A DNA stretch of 64,000 bases, from the NCBI RefSeq assembly GCF_009914755.1, contig NC_060932.1, one strand, 5' to 3'. Below are positions 28,325-42,050 of the stretch, in pieces. The position numbers and the translations under genes were made by a program. The notes beneath the pieces were generated by a model that saw only the letters and a program-made list of their open reading frames with translations, was not told the DNA's origin and did no database searches. The first letter of the stretch is position 1; the number at the start of each line of letters is the position of its first letter. This stretch comes from the human T2T-CHM13v2.0 reference genome, Homo sapiens.

Positions 28325-28625
28325 GGCTGGGTGCAGTGGCTTGCACCTGTAATCAGCACTTTGGGAGGCTGAGGCTGGAGGATTGCTTGAGCCTAGGAGT
28401 TTGAGACCAGCCTGGGCAATATAGTGAGACCCCATCTCTACAAAAAATTTATTTTAATTAACCAAGCAGCACGGCCTGTAGTCCCAGTAACTTGGGAGGC
28501 TGAGATGGGAGGATTGCTTGAGCCTGGGTGGTTGAGGCTGCTGTGAGCCAAGATCTGCCATTGCACTCCAGCCTGAGTAATAGAGTGAGACCCTGTGTCA
28601 AAAAAAAAATAATAATAAGAAGAAG
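28325..28625 (+). mobile_element. Alu (AluJ)
   Basis: Dimer with J-type ggaggattgcttgagcc. Confidence 0.9.
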
Positions 28626-28636
28626 AAAACAATACA

Positions 28637-28915
28637 GGCCAGGTGTAGTGGCTCACACCTATAAACCCAACACTTTGGTAGGCTGAGGTGGAACGATGGT
28701 TTGAGCCCAGGAGTTTGAAACCAGCCTGGGCAACATAACGAGACTCCATCTATACAAATTTTTTTTAAAAAATTAGCCAGATGTGGTGGTGTGCACGTGT
28801 AGTCCCAGCTACTTGGGAGGCTGAGGTGGGAAGATTGCTTGAGCCCAGGAATTCAAGGCTGTAGTGAGCTATGATTGCATCACTGTACTCCAGCCTGGGT
28901 GACAGAGTGAGACAG
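28637..28915 (+). mobile_element. Alu (AluJ) whose tail became a GA microsatellite
   Basis: TSD aaacaataca at 28627-28636 and 29286-29295 brackets both the Alu and the microsatellite. Confidence 0.92.
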
Positions 28916-29285
28916 GAAAAAAAAAAGAAGGAAAGAGAGAGAGAGAGAGAGAGAGGAAGGAAGGGAGGGAGGGAGGAAGGGAAAGAAAGAAAGAAAGATG
29001 AAAGAAAAAGAAAGAAAGAAAGAAGGAGAGAAAGAAAGAAAGAAAAAAGGAAAAAAGAAAGAAAGGAGAAGAAGGGAGGGAGGGAGGAAGGGAAAGAAAG
29101 ATGAAAGAAAAAGAAAGAAGGAGAGAAAGAAAGAAAGGAAGAAAGAAAGAAAAGAAAGAAGGGAGGGAGGGAAAGAAAGAAAAAGAAAGAAAGAGAAAGA
29201 AGAAGGAAGGAAGGAAAAGAAAAAAAAAGAAAGAGAAGGAAAGAAAGAGAGAGAAAGAAAGAGGGAAGGAAGGAAGGAAGGACGG
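28916..29285. repeat. GA-rich polypurine microsatellite, about 370 bp
   Basis: (GA)n, (GGAA)n, (GAAA)n and (GGGA)n blocks with a repeated higher-order unit. Confidence 0.97.
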
Positions 29286-29375
29286 AAACAATACAGTATA
29301 GTAACCATTTACATAGCATTTCCATTGTTTGAGGTATTATACATAATCTAGGGATGATTTACAGTATAGGAGAAA

Positions 29376-29537
29376 AGCCAGGCATGGTGTCATGAGCCTA
29401 GAATCCCAGTTACTTGTGAGGCTGACGGGGAAGGATCCCTAGAGCCCAGGAAGCTGCAATGAGCTATAATGGCACCACTGTGCTCCAGCCTGGGCAACAG
29501 AATGAGGATGTCTCGAAACTAAATAAATAAATAAAAT
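29376..29537 (+). mobile_element. Alu right monomer (FRAM-like)
   Basis: Single arm agccaggcatggtg...tgagctataatggcaccactg...; (TAAA)n tail. Confidence 0.8.
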
Positions 29538-30751
29538 AAAGTATATGGCAGAATGTGCGTAAGTTACAGGCAAATACTACACCATTTTATATGAGGGACT
29601 GAGCATCCTCAGATTTTTGTATCCTTGGAAACCCTGGAATCAATTCCCCATGGATCCCGAGGAACAACAGTGCTTTGGAGATTAGAAATCAGATTCTGCT
29701 TGCTGTGCCTTTTCACTTGGGTGACTCACTTTATCCCCACCCCACCCCTTTGTTCTCATACCTCCTGAGAGAACCAACTGCCATGAAGTGGGAAAGGAAT
29801 TAGAGAAGATGGGTTCCTCAGCTGCTCAAGAAAGAAGACAGACAAGTCTACTATAGAAGAGAATTTGCCTTTTCAGTGGAGGAGATAAAATTAATACTGA
29901 GACAAATAGAAAACAAAATTAAACATTAAGTATCTTCTATAAGAGCAATATAAATCCAAGAAGAAAGACTGGTCTGAGATTTCACAGATGACTGGAAGGA
30001 TGTCTAGATTGGGATAAGCATGAGAGAGGAGAAACGACTTAGCAGGGGAAATAACAATGAAGGCATAGGCATAAGAAGATGGGCAAGAGATGGGGACTAT
30101 GAGGAGACCTGCTTGACAGGAGAGAAGAGAATGGAGGACCCAAGAACCAGGGCTACTGTGACAGACAGTGGAGTGCCACTGGAGGCTCATAGCATGCAAT
30201 GTGATGAGGACCACTGAGCTTTTAAGATGACTGGGGACAAGATGGCTGTAATGTAGGAAGTGCCTAAAGCTGGAGAGGCCGTTGTCTGGTTAGTCAACTG
30301 GACTATGGTCATGGCAGTAGGAGAGAAGAAGAAAAAGCAAATTCTAGAGACACATACAACAGATAAATAGGAATTCCTGATAATTGGCTGGATATGGGAA
30401 ATGAAGGAAAAGGAACTTAAGGGATTTTGGTATCAAAGATAGGGAGAAGGGTGATGCCTTTGTGAAGAAGAAAATCAGCTGACTGGAAAGGAGGCCTATG
30501 ATACAGTGGAAGGGTAGCAGAGGAAGAACCCCATCTAAAAGAAGAGTAATGGTTTCTCTTGGTTATTGGGAACTTGACCTCCCAGATGGAACAGTCAAAT
30601 TGGACCCAAACAATACCAAACATTTTGGCAATGTGGATGGTTCTGTCTACTAGCAATTGGACCTATGGCTCTCAATCATCAATTAAAGAAGTCATAAACT
30701 TGCCTGCTTCACCAGATGGATGTGAGGACAGGAGGCTGCACACCACTGCAA

Positions 30752-30890
30752 GTTAGGCTCTGGAGCCATGCTGGCTTTTTTCAAATCTCTGCTCCACTAC
30801 CTACTAGCTGTGTGGTTTGGGCAAATTACAAAACCTCTCTGTGCCTTACCCTCACCCATAAAAATAGTGATAATTATACCTACCTCATAA
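30752..30890 (+). mobile_element. MIR
   Basis: ggctctggagcc...tactagctgtgtg...gggcaaattac...acctctctgtgcct. Confidence 0.7.
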
Positions 30891-31155
30891 ACAAGATCAT
30901 TTGTGTTGAGCACTTGATACTCAACATAATGACTCAACTTAATCTTGACTCAAAAATTGTTAGCTATTTATTAGTACCATCAAATACAATAATAAAAGTA
31001 CTAAAATAATTTATAAATTTCAAAGTTTTCAACAAAGGGAAAGATTTTTTTTTTTTTCTGGTAGAGACAGTGGGGTGGATTGGAAAAAGTACTGGACTTG
31101 GAGTCTTGATTGTAATCTCCTAAATCTACTACCAATTTTGTTACTTGAGGCAAGC

Positions 31156-31504
31156 TTTTTTTTTTTTTTTAAACAGAGACAATTAAAAAAAATTTTTTTT
31201 AACTAGAGACAATTTTTTTTTTTAAATTGTTCTGTTGCCCAGGCTGGAGTGCAGTGGTGCAATCACAGCTTATTGTAGCCTCGAACTCCTGGGCTCAAGC
31301 AGTCCTCCCACTCCAGCCTCATGAGTAGCTGAGACTACAGGTGCATGACACCAAGCTTGGCTAAGTTTTAAAAGATTTTTTTTTGTAGAGATGAGGGTCT
31401 CGCTATGTTGCACAGGATGACCTCAAACTCCTGAGCATGAGTGATCCTCCTGCCTCGGCCTCCCACAGTGTAGAGATTACAGGTGCAAGCCACTGCACCT
31501 GGCT
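31156..31504 (-). mobile_element. Alu (AluJ) inserted in a MIR (about 31060-31650)
   Basis: TSD ggcaagctt on both sides; rearranged tail junction. Confidence 0.9.
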
Positions 31505-33094
31505 AGGGCAAGCTTGTTAACCTCCAAGAAGTCTTAGTTTTCTCATGTAATTAATGTAAGTAATAATGCATGTCCTACCTACCATAGGGTTCTGAAAATA
31601 GAAAGAGATGAGTCATGTGAACCTATTTTGTAAACTATGAATGTTTTAGAAAGGAAAGGTATTAATTAGTCATTACCATGATGGATATATTAAAAACCCA
31701 TACTTCATTTATGTGCTATGGTCAGAATTAATACCCAATTCTTGGAAATGCTTTCACCATGCCTCAAAATAGCATTCCATCACAATCTTATTTGCACAGG
31801 TTCCATGGCTTAATTGCCATAGAAGATGTTCAGTAGTCCCCTGAAGAGGAGTGAAGTCTTGAATTACTTTACATTGGCCTGGGCTTTGGAAATGGAAGGC
31901 AGTTACTCTGAATAGAATCATTGTAGAGCTTTGCACATTTATTATTTGTTTTAGTTAGGCCAACCCACAGGGTGGGGATGGATGTAGAGGGGCCTGGTCA
32001 ACCATGAAACTGAATTTCTAGCTCTAATCAATCCTTTTAGAAAAAGCCCCAGCCTTCCTAATTTCTAAGTAATGTCCATCATGAACTGCACCTCCTTGAA
32101 GGTGAAGGCTCTTCCCGGGCCCTCCCTGGCTCAGTAGTGCTGAGTCATTAGTATGGATGGTTCATAAGAAAACAAAGCTTTGAAAGGCAGGACAGAAACA
32201 AATTCTGACTTGACCCCAAACAGCTCCCAAAGCTCAGGGTTTACTTTCCCTCTCTACACATCAATCTCAGCCCTCGGGGGGCTAGCAAGATGGGAGCAGA
32301 GTTCAGGGCACCCTTCAATCAGGAGTGGTGCTTTAGGCAGCATGGACAGGCCATGAATTATGTGAGCTCATTAAAAATATCTTTCTTTAGTCATTTCATA
32401 TTCCTTTATAGAATGTAGCTCTATTTTGACCTTGGACCAGAATGGAACAAAGATTTTAACTTAACAACCCCTTCATCTGCTAATGAGAGGACACCTCTTG
32501 CACTTCAGCTTCCTCTCTCACTTGAATGTTTTTTTGGTTCAGTTTTAATTTTTTGTATTATATTCATTTATGTGCTCAATTTAGGTATTGAAAGTTCTAA
32601 CTGTTGCCTGCAGAAAGGGTACAAGCCTCACAACTTTTGCCATGAATATGCATAGAGATTGACCTTTGGGAACCATTGTTCTACACTTCAGCATGGGGCC
32701 AATCTGAAATCAGGGTACATTTTCAAGCCATCAGGTACAACTTACAGCTCCATACACCAAGACCTGTCCTTGGCACCATTCCCCCTGGCCTGTGGCAATC
32801 ACAGTAGGTGGAACTGGCTCCAGTTCGGGATCCGGCCTTAAAGCTCTGAGCAAGAAGCTTTGTCTGCCACTTCCGGTTTCCAGTAATCCTCATATGAGTA
32901 ACCTTCAGGAATAAAGCACATTCAGAATGCCTAAAAAATAAAATGTAACTACAGAACATTTCAGAATGTGTGGCTTTATCTTTTACTTCACAGAGTATTG
33001 AGGTGACATTTGGAAATCACAATTAAAGTACAATTTAGTGCTATTAATATGGATTTAAAAGATAGAAAACCACTAGTTTGGTTCTTGACATGAA

Positions 33095-33228
33095 TTTTTT
33101 TTCCTTTCTTTCTTTTTTTATTAGAGATAGGGTCTTGCTCTGTCACCCAGGCTGGAATGCAATGGTTTGGTCCTTACTCACAGCAGCCTTGAACTCCTGG
33201 GCTCAAGTGTTCCTCCCACCTCAACCTT
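33095..33228 (-). mobile_element. 5'-truncated Alu (AluJ right arm)
   Basis: gagatagggtcttgctctgtcacccaggctgg...ctcctgggctcaag. Confidence 0.85.
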
Positions 33229-33414
33229 GCCACATATTTTAAACTGACACTACTCACCCTCTCCAAATTCTTTATTAAATCAGAATGGGGGAAGACAGGG
33301 TCAGAAATCTACCTCCTACTCTAAAAGTACAGGCATTTTCATGTGCATTACAAGCATATTAAAATATATATGCATTTTGAATTTAGCTGTGTTTAAATGG
33401 ATTCACCACATTAA

Positions 33415-33989
33415 TGAAACCACTGTCACAGGGTTAACTGGAATTATAAGCCAGGCTTTAGGCAGAATTATAGCTAGGCATTGTCTGGGATATAAAAACT
33501 GATGCACTTTGACCCATTTCTCTGCAGCTGCTAAGTAACCAGAAGTCATGTAGCTCACTGACCACGTGCTCCCCCATTGTTCCCATAGATAGAATCTCTA
33601 ACGACTGGACCTTTTTACCCAAGAATTGCTTTGCTTGAGGTGTTTTTCAGATCCTGAATTCCAGCAGAATGGCTGACTCCAGCTGGTCTGAAGACCCCCA
33701 TCAAGGAACTGACTCAGCACAGGAATGCAGTTTCTTTATCTCCCTGTCCCATGATGTCACCCCTCACTTCTCAATCAGTGATGATCATACTTTTTAGTCC
33801 TTTACCAAACAAGATCCCTTAAACACTCCATCCCCAAACCTCTTGCGGGGGCAGATTTGAGGTTTTTTCCCATGTCCTCATTTGGCTGCCTTGCAATTGT
33901 TAAACTCTTTCTCTGCTGCAACTCCTGCTGTTCCAGTGTATTGGTATGTTACCACACAATGGGCAATTGAACCTGGTGGTCCTGTAACA
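33415..33989 (+). mobile_element. ERV1 solo LTR (LTR26-like)
   Basis: TG...CA ends (tgaaacc...cctgtaaca), 4-bp TSD TTAA at 33411-33414 and 33990-33993; ttcagatcctgaattccagc and aaactctttctctgctgcaa motifs. Confidence 0.8.
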
Positions 33990-34213
33990 TTAACATCTGA
34001 CTTAATTATTTTACAGCAGTGTATCTGGGAATGAAGTTGTGGTTTTCAGTCTCCCAGCTAGCCTGCCTACCACAGTAGATTTGGATAGAGGAAGCAAAAT
34101 AACATAAGTAATTTCTAACAAGATCCTACTTCTCTTGCAGCGGCAAATTTTCAGTAAGGGTAACTGTACCTTTTTGACTTTGAAAATAATTACCTAATAA
34201 AAATTAAAAACCT

Positions 34214-34875
34214 ACTTTGGGAGGCCGAGGCAGGATTACTTGAGGACAGAAGTTCAAGACCACCCTGGAAAACATAGAAAGACCCTGTCTCTATAAAAAT
34301 TTTAAAAATAAAAAAATTAGCTGAGTGCAATGACATGTGCCTGTAGTCTAAGCTACTCAGGAGGCTGAGTGGGAAGGATTGCTTGAGTCCAGGAGTGTGA
34401 GTCCAGGACTGTGACCTTGACATGGTTTGGCTATGTCCACATTCAAATCTCATCTTGAATTGTAGCTACCATAATCCCCATGTATTGTGGGAGGAACCCA
34501 GTGGGAGGTAATTGAATCAAGAGGTAGGTTTTTCCCATGCTGTTCTCATGATAATGAATATGTCTCCCGAGATCTAATGGTTTTATAAAAGGCAGTTCCC
34601 CTGCACACGCACATGCTCTCTTGCCTGCCACCATGTAAGACGTACCTTTGCTCCTCCTTTGCCTTCTGCTATGATTGTGAGGCCTCTCCAGCCAGGTGGA
34701 GCTGTGAGTCCATTAAATCTCTTTTTCTTTAAAATTACTCAGTTTTGGGTATTTCTTCATAACAGTATGAGTCAAACTAATACAGACCTATAATCATGCC
34801 ACTGCACTCTAGCCTGGCAGTGGAACAAGATCTTGTCTCTAAAAAAAAGGAAAGAGAAAAAGAGAAAGAAAGAAA
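34214..34875 (+). mobile_element. AluJ split by a THE1 LTR (pieces 34214-34417 and 34785-34875)
   Basis: The Alu right arm is continuous across the LTR: ...gtgacct | ataatcatgccactgcactc. Confidence 0.88.
34418..34784 (+). mobile_element. THE1 solo LTR (THE1C-like, MaLR)
   Basis: tgacatggtttggc...actaataca, 367 bp; perfect 5-bp TSD GACCT at 34413-34417 and 34785-34789. Confidence 0.93.
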
Positions 34876-35136
34876 AACATTAAGAACCCTGAAAGACTTT
34901 AGCTTAAAGTTCTGCAAAGTAGAAAAACACAATTTGGTCCCAGTGAACTCTTTCATCTCACTATTGCCAGACTCTGGGTTCTGCATTCTCAGCTAATTCA
35001 GAGAAGTAGATTTCTGCAAAGACAATTCTATACAGAAGTATAAATCCTTCTGCAGTTCCAGCCCAGGGATTCATGAGAGGTTTACCCCCATCATCCTTTC
35101 CTCTTTCTCCCAGTTCTAGTAAGAAGACAGCTTGGA

Positions 35137-35480
<344 letters not shown>

Positions 35481-36314
35481 AAGACAGTTGGGCACCATGA
35501 GGAATTTGCTTATGTGCATCATTCTGCTGTCATCAGCTGAATGCCACCTCATTTTGGGCACAAGATAGATACTGTCAGTCACTGCAAACCATGTCATCAA
35601 TGATGTCAAGAGAAAAACAGTTTTCCCTAATTCTCTTTCTAGGTTCCTTCTATCCAGTGTACTAAAACTCCCATAGCTATAGACAGGGCAGCTGGATAAT
35701 TTCAGGCTCACAAATGGATAGAGCAGCACTGTATCCCATCACATAAGGGTTGGTCATTTCTCATTTACAGTGCATTGCAAAGAGCCTAGGTAGGGAGGCT
35801 GAGTGTGTCTTAACTCCCATTTGGATAATTGGCACTCAGAGTCTATGCAAAGAAAAGAAAGATCAGTTAATAAACTCTCATCACTGCCCAACATCCTGTA
35901 CATCCGAAGTGACCTATGAAGCTTCTTTTACTTTCTGGGGCTCCAAAAACATGCCACCAACTGATTCAGGATCAGAACCAATGAGTCCAGGATAAACAGG
36001 TCATTGGGGATCCTTGCCTTCCCTGGGGGTTGGGTTGGTCTGCTTGGCTGATCTGAGTCTGGAGTCTGGTGTGCCTGGGATGAGCACCTCCAGAGACTGA
36101 GTGTCACCCAGAACATTTGCCCTGCCTCCAGCCATCCCAGGGTTGACTTCACTGTTCCAGGCCCTTGAATTTGGTCATTTGGACTGTTGCTCCTCCCTGA
36201 TAGGAATCTACCTTTTGTCCTCTTTCACAGTAGACAGGCTTGACCTCCTTCCAGTGACAGGTCATACAGGTGACCTGCCACCAGTCTCTATATGACTCAC
36301 ATTTACAAGATACT

Positions 36315-36744
36315 TGTATTAGAATAGGCTAGGTTGTGCTGTGATAAGAAATTAACCCCTGGATCCCAAAGCCGAAAACAAAAAAAGTTTATTTCTTGCA
36401 TATGCTATATGTCCATTGCAAGTCCAAGTTGGGCATGTATGTGTTGAGGGAATTCTGCTCCATCAGTAACTCAAGGATCCAGGCTGATGGAGGCTCTACC
36501 ATCAGTACCGGCAACAGCTAGGACATCTACAACACAGGACTCCTTCGGTCTCCTCGGCAGCCTGGACCTCTCTCCTGCGCTTCAGTGCTTCAGTAGGAGT
36601 GATCGGTGTCACTTTTGCTCACATCCCATTGGTATGGAGTCACCAAGCCCCATCTAACCAAAAAGGGCTGGGAAAGCTTGTCTTCTGTGTGCCTAGAGAG
36701 AGTGGGAAACCAGATTTTGGTGGGCACTAGTAATATCTACCGCA
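36315..36744 (-). mobile_element. MaLR LTR, MLT1I/J-like
   Basis: aggctaggttgtgctg, actcaaggatccaggctgatggagg, gctcacatcccattgg, ends atctaccgca. Confidence 0.75.
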
Positions 36745-37637
36745 AGGTGTATACTTTTGTATATAATGAATAAATACCAGGCACCACAAGGAAGATGTCA
36801 CTCTGAGCAGCACAGATGTTTCATGAATCCTCACAAGTTTGCCTCTGTAGCCTCAAGCAGGCACATGCAGTGTTCAGAGGATATTTCCTCCCACTGAAGA
36901 AGTCAAAGACCAAAAATGTTTTCAGGAGTGCTGTTTCAGATAGCCAAGCTCCAGGGCAGCAACTTGGATGCCCTGAACAGTGGGGTCCATGACACACTGA
37001 AACAGCCCCTGATGAGTTAATGCCAGAGCAGTCTGTGGTGCTGTCCGCTTGCAGGCGTGCATGCTTGGTTGGCACTTAGAATTCATGTTGAGCATGGCAG
37101 GCTGGGCCTGCTCTGAGAAGCCAGAGTATAACTTACTGGAACAGAAACCACATCAAAAAGCTTCTCACATGAGGAACCCAAACCCCACATCAGAATGCGT
37201 TGGATAGTGTAGAACTCCTGAAATGTAATGTGTATTCTTCCCTGGGAATTAAGAACATGTGGGCCCAGTGCTAATTATAGCCCACCCTTAATGTGTTTTT
37301 AATTAGAGATTGAGACACTTGGGTTTTAGGGGCCAGAACTGACCTGGCTATTAGATGGAGGCCCCACTGACTGTTTCTAACTTCTACAGAACTTAAATAA
37401 GCTGCACACTGTAAGTGCTCAAAACGTTGTTCTTTAGGATGATGATATCTTGTGTGATTTATGGTGATAGGGATAAAACTCAGCTGAATTTACTCTGCTG
37501 GTTCTTTAAAAGATAAAGACATATACCCAGGTGCTGCCTTAATTTCTTGGCAGCCAGTAGAAAAAGCTGGTTGCTTTCAGGATCTGAGAACCACTAGCAA
37601 ACTAGTTATTAACAACAACAATAATAATTTTTTTTAC

Positions 37638-37866
37638 CATTCATTGTATGTCTACTCAGTTCTAAGGCACCGTTTGAAGAATTTAGCACAAATTATTTCA
37701 TTTAATCCTCACAACGGCCTATAAGGAAGGGACTATTATTATCTTGTTCATACAAGTGAGGAAACTAAGGCCTAGAAAGTTTAAGGAACTTGTCCAAAAT
37801 CCAGAAACTTTAGAAATACTGGAGCTGAGTTCTAATGTGGGTATGTCTGATTGCAAAGTCCATGCA
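37638..37866 (-). mobile_element. MIR
   Basis: tcatttaatcctcacaac...tgaggaaactaaggc. Confidence 0.8.
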
Positions 37867-39078
37867 GGTTTCAGAATAATTTCCTTTTAACAACCCAACT
37901 AATAGGAAAATTTTAAAATATTAAAGTGAAAAATTAACAAGATAAATGTCATTTGTCATCTACTTTTCAGAGATATTCACTCTCACAATTTGGTGTGAGG
38001 ATAGCTTGGGCTTTTCCAAGCTATTCCAATGTTGCTCACAGGTGACTGGACTTCCTTGTCCTTCCTCTGTGTCTACCTTCAAGGCACGTCAACATCCCCT
38101 GGGATCATTCCCCTAAAGAATCCAATCCAACACAGAAATAATTGCCAGATACAGTCATGCAGCTTTTACCGACACGTTTGTAGCAATCTGGAGGAGACTA
38201 CACGCAACCATCTAGCCAAATCATCCCCCACCCCAGCCCTCTGGACAACTCATTGTCTGTCCTTTTGTCTCCTTCAGACATCTCTTGCTTTCTCATGAAA
38301 AACAATTTTTTCACCCTCTTCCCTTTTCTAATTTGCATCCTCACCTATCACCCTGCTCTGGAAAACAGCAGGTTCTTCTCAGGATACTCTCTCCTCAAAG
38401 GCAGGGGTCAGGATCATAAACAATGAATAAATTTACTCTCATCTCTCACACACATTTCCTTACAAAGATAAGTTTATACTGTTAAGTAACCAACTTTCCT
38501 TTCCTCAAGAGTATATTCTGTTATAGAGGAGAAATCTTCAAGTTCTGTTTGTGATTATTTTTCTAGGTTGATGAGGAAGGAAGAGCAGGTTGTCAGCCTG
38601 TGCACTGGGAGATTTCTGGTAGAACAGTTTCAGTCATATGCTTTTGAGTCATGAAAGTCATTCTGTCTATATTTAGGTTAGTATTTAATATATTTTGGTT
38701 TAAAGTATACTGTGTGAAAGAGAAAACTTTGTACAGGTCACCAAGACTGACCATATAAATGTTATTTCTACTATTAGTCAAACTCTGTTTTATTGAGTAA
38801 GAGAAAGCAATGGCACCAATAATAGACTCTATTTTTCCTCCATTGTCCTGCATCTATTCTTCTGACTACAGAGTCAACAAGCCACTAAGACAGAAGTCTG
38901 AGCCTCATTTCCAGTGGAACATTCTTTGCGAGCTGCATGGGTGGAGCCAGGCAGACCAGCTTCTGGCAGCCAGGAATTCCTCATGTAAGAGTGCTGAGGC
39001 CCAGTCAGGGGAGTGGGGCTTTGGGACACATTTGTTTGTCTAAATTATTGGTCTTTAGACACTTGTGATCACGTATTA

Positions 39079-39576
39079 TATGGTAGATTAAAGATGGCCA
39101 CAAATTATTTGGCAGACTACTCATTAATAGATGGGGTCTATCCCTCTAGCCCTTGAATCATGAACGGACTCTTGAACTGCTTTGACCAATAGACTATGAT
39201 ACAGGTGATGTTATGGCATTTTCTTGCTCCAAGCCTTAAAGACTGGCAGCTTCTACTTCCTATCTCTTAGAACATTTCCTCTTGGAACGCAGCTACCATG
39301 CTGTGAGGAAGCCCAAACAGCCCACTGGAGAAACCATATAGAAAAAACTGAGACTCCCATCAGCCAACAGCCTTGGCTGAGCTCCCAACTGATAGTCAGC
39401 ACCTACTTGCCAGCCATGTGAGTATACCATCTTGGAGGCAGCTGCTCCATTTGATGCTACTTGGGGCAAAGATGAACAGCCCAGTTGAGTGCTTTACAAA
39501 TTCCTGGTCCACAAGATTATGAATGAGCCACCAGCTTTTCAGTTTGTTTGCTACACAGCAATAGGTGACCAGAACA
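39079..39576 (+). mobile_element. MaLR LTR, MLT1G/H-like
   Basis: ggtagattaaagatggccacaaatt, ccatgctgtgaggaagccca, ends cacagcaataggtgaccagaaca. Confidence 0.8.
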
Positions 39577-40125
39577 TACTTTATCATCAAAAACATTTTA
39601 ATAATCTTTGCATATGTATTTGTTATATACTATCCTGTTTTATTATGTGCATTAGAAAACACATTACTTATAAGGCACATGTATTATGTTTATTATAAAA
39701 CACATTTATTATATTTTTACATTAAAAAGGGTTAACTAGAAATAGAAGTTCTAAGATTTTCTTTTCACAGACCAGTGCTTTATTTTGAGGATACATACAT
39801 TTTGGTGACCATTGGTCTAGAATAGATGATACTTTGAGACCCAACTCAATGCCAACAGATAATCTCCTAATATTAGTGAAATATTTGAAAATTGGAGCAT
39901 GTATAGATAGAACCAGCACATGCTCTAACAGGAAAAAATTAACCTCATATCTATGGACAGCCAAATTTGACCCAAGCAAGGATACACAAACTTAATTTTT
40001 GCCACTTCTATACAGCTCTCTTTTTAAGGCCCACAACCAACAAGTAGGGTTTTTTTGTTTGTTTGTTTGTTTGTTTGTTTGGCATGGGGTTAAGAGTGAT
40101 TCATTCGATTCTTGCTGCAGCCTAG

Positions 40126-40440
<315 letters not shown>

Positions 40441-40536
40441 TAGGGAGAATTTAAATGTATTAGTCCAAAGCCAGTTCACAATATATGAATATTGTTCCAA
40501 GTCAGTAAATAAAATTCCACATCATTATTTTAATAA

Positions 40537-40866
<330 letters not shown>

Positions 40867-41151
40867 AATTTTGTTTTTATGTCATTGGATATTCAGGCTG
40901 TTTTCCAACTTCTGGTGATTAAACAATCATTCTCATAGCTAAATCTTTGCATATCTCCTTATTTATGTAATTATTTCTTTCAGATGCATTCCTAAAAGAA
41001 GAATGGTTGATTATAGACAAACAATGGATATGAATAAGCATTGTCAAATTTATCTCCAGAAGGTTTGCACCAGTTTATAATTTCTCCAACAATGTTAATT
41101 ACCCAGCACCCTCAGCAGTAGTTCGTACTGTAACTTAAAAAATAATTTTTG

Positions 41152-41470
<319 letters not shown>

Positions 41471-41651
41471 TTAATATAAAGACTGTGCTAGACATATACA
41501 CATGTATTTCATGTATTATACACCCTTTGTGCCTATTTTTCATATTTACTTTTATAAGCTGCCTCTTTTTTGTGGGAAGGAATAAAGCATACTGCAAATA
41601 AACAGTTTTAAAGAAGTATTTCCTAATTCTTGGAGAGATAGAAATGGCAGT

Positions 41652-42050
41652 TTTATTAGTCAATAACTCCTTTCATTTGCAAGTATCACAAACACGACTC
41701 CAATTGGCTTAAGCCAAAAAGGAATTTCTTGGCTTACTGAAGAGTTTCAGGCACAGCTGGACTCAATGGTTCAAATAATAACATCAGGACTCTCTCTGTC
41801 TCCATGTCTCAGCTTTGTGGCCTCTGCTCGCCTTCATTTCCAGACAGACTCTTACTTCATGGCAGCAACGACCTGGAGAAACAAAAGAGCGTTAACAAAA
41901 GGCCCAAGAAAACTGATTGGCCAACTTAGGTCATGTGCCCCTACCTGAGCCAATTGCGGTGGCCGGGATCATGGAAGATTGACTGACGAGGTCTTCGTTC
42001 CATATCTTTAGTAGAGGACAAGGTGGGTTTCACCACAGCCAAACTAAGCG
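41652..42050 (-). mobile_element. MaLR LTR, MLT1K/J-like
   Basis: ttgcaagt...ggcttaagccaaaaaggaattt, ttcaggcacagctgg, ctgattggccaacttaggtcatgtgccc. Confidence 0.65.

Larger units (their letters stand above)
28231..29671 (-). mobile_element. MER2 (TcMar-Tigger) fossil split by three Alus and a microsatellite
   Basis: Pieces at about 28231-28323 (ggatcgaaaatatt), 29286-29375 (tttacatagcattt...aatctagggatgattt) and 29538-29671 (gcaaatactacaccattttatat...atggatcccgagg). Confidence 0.8.
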
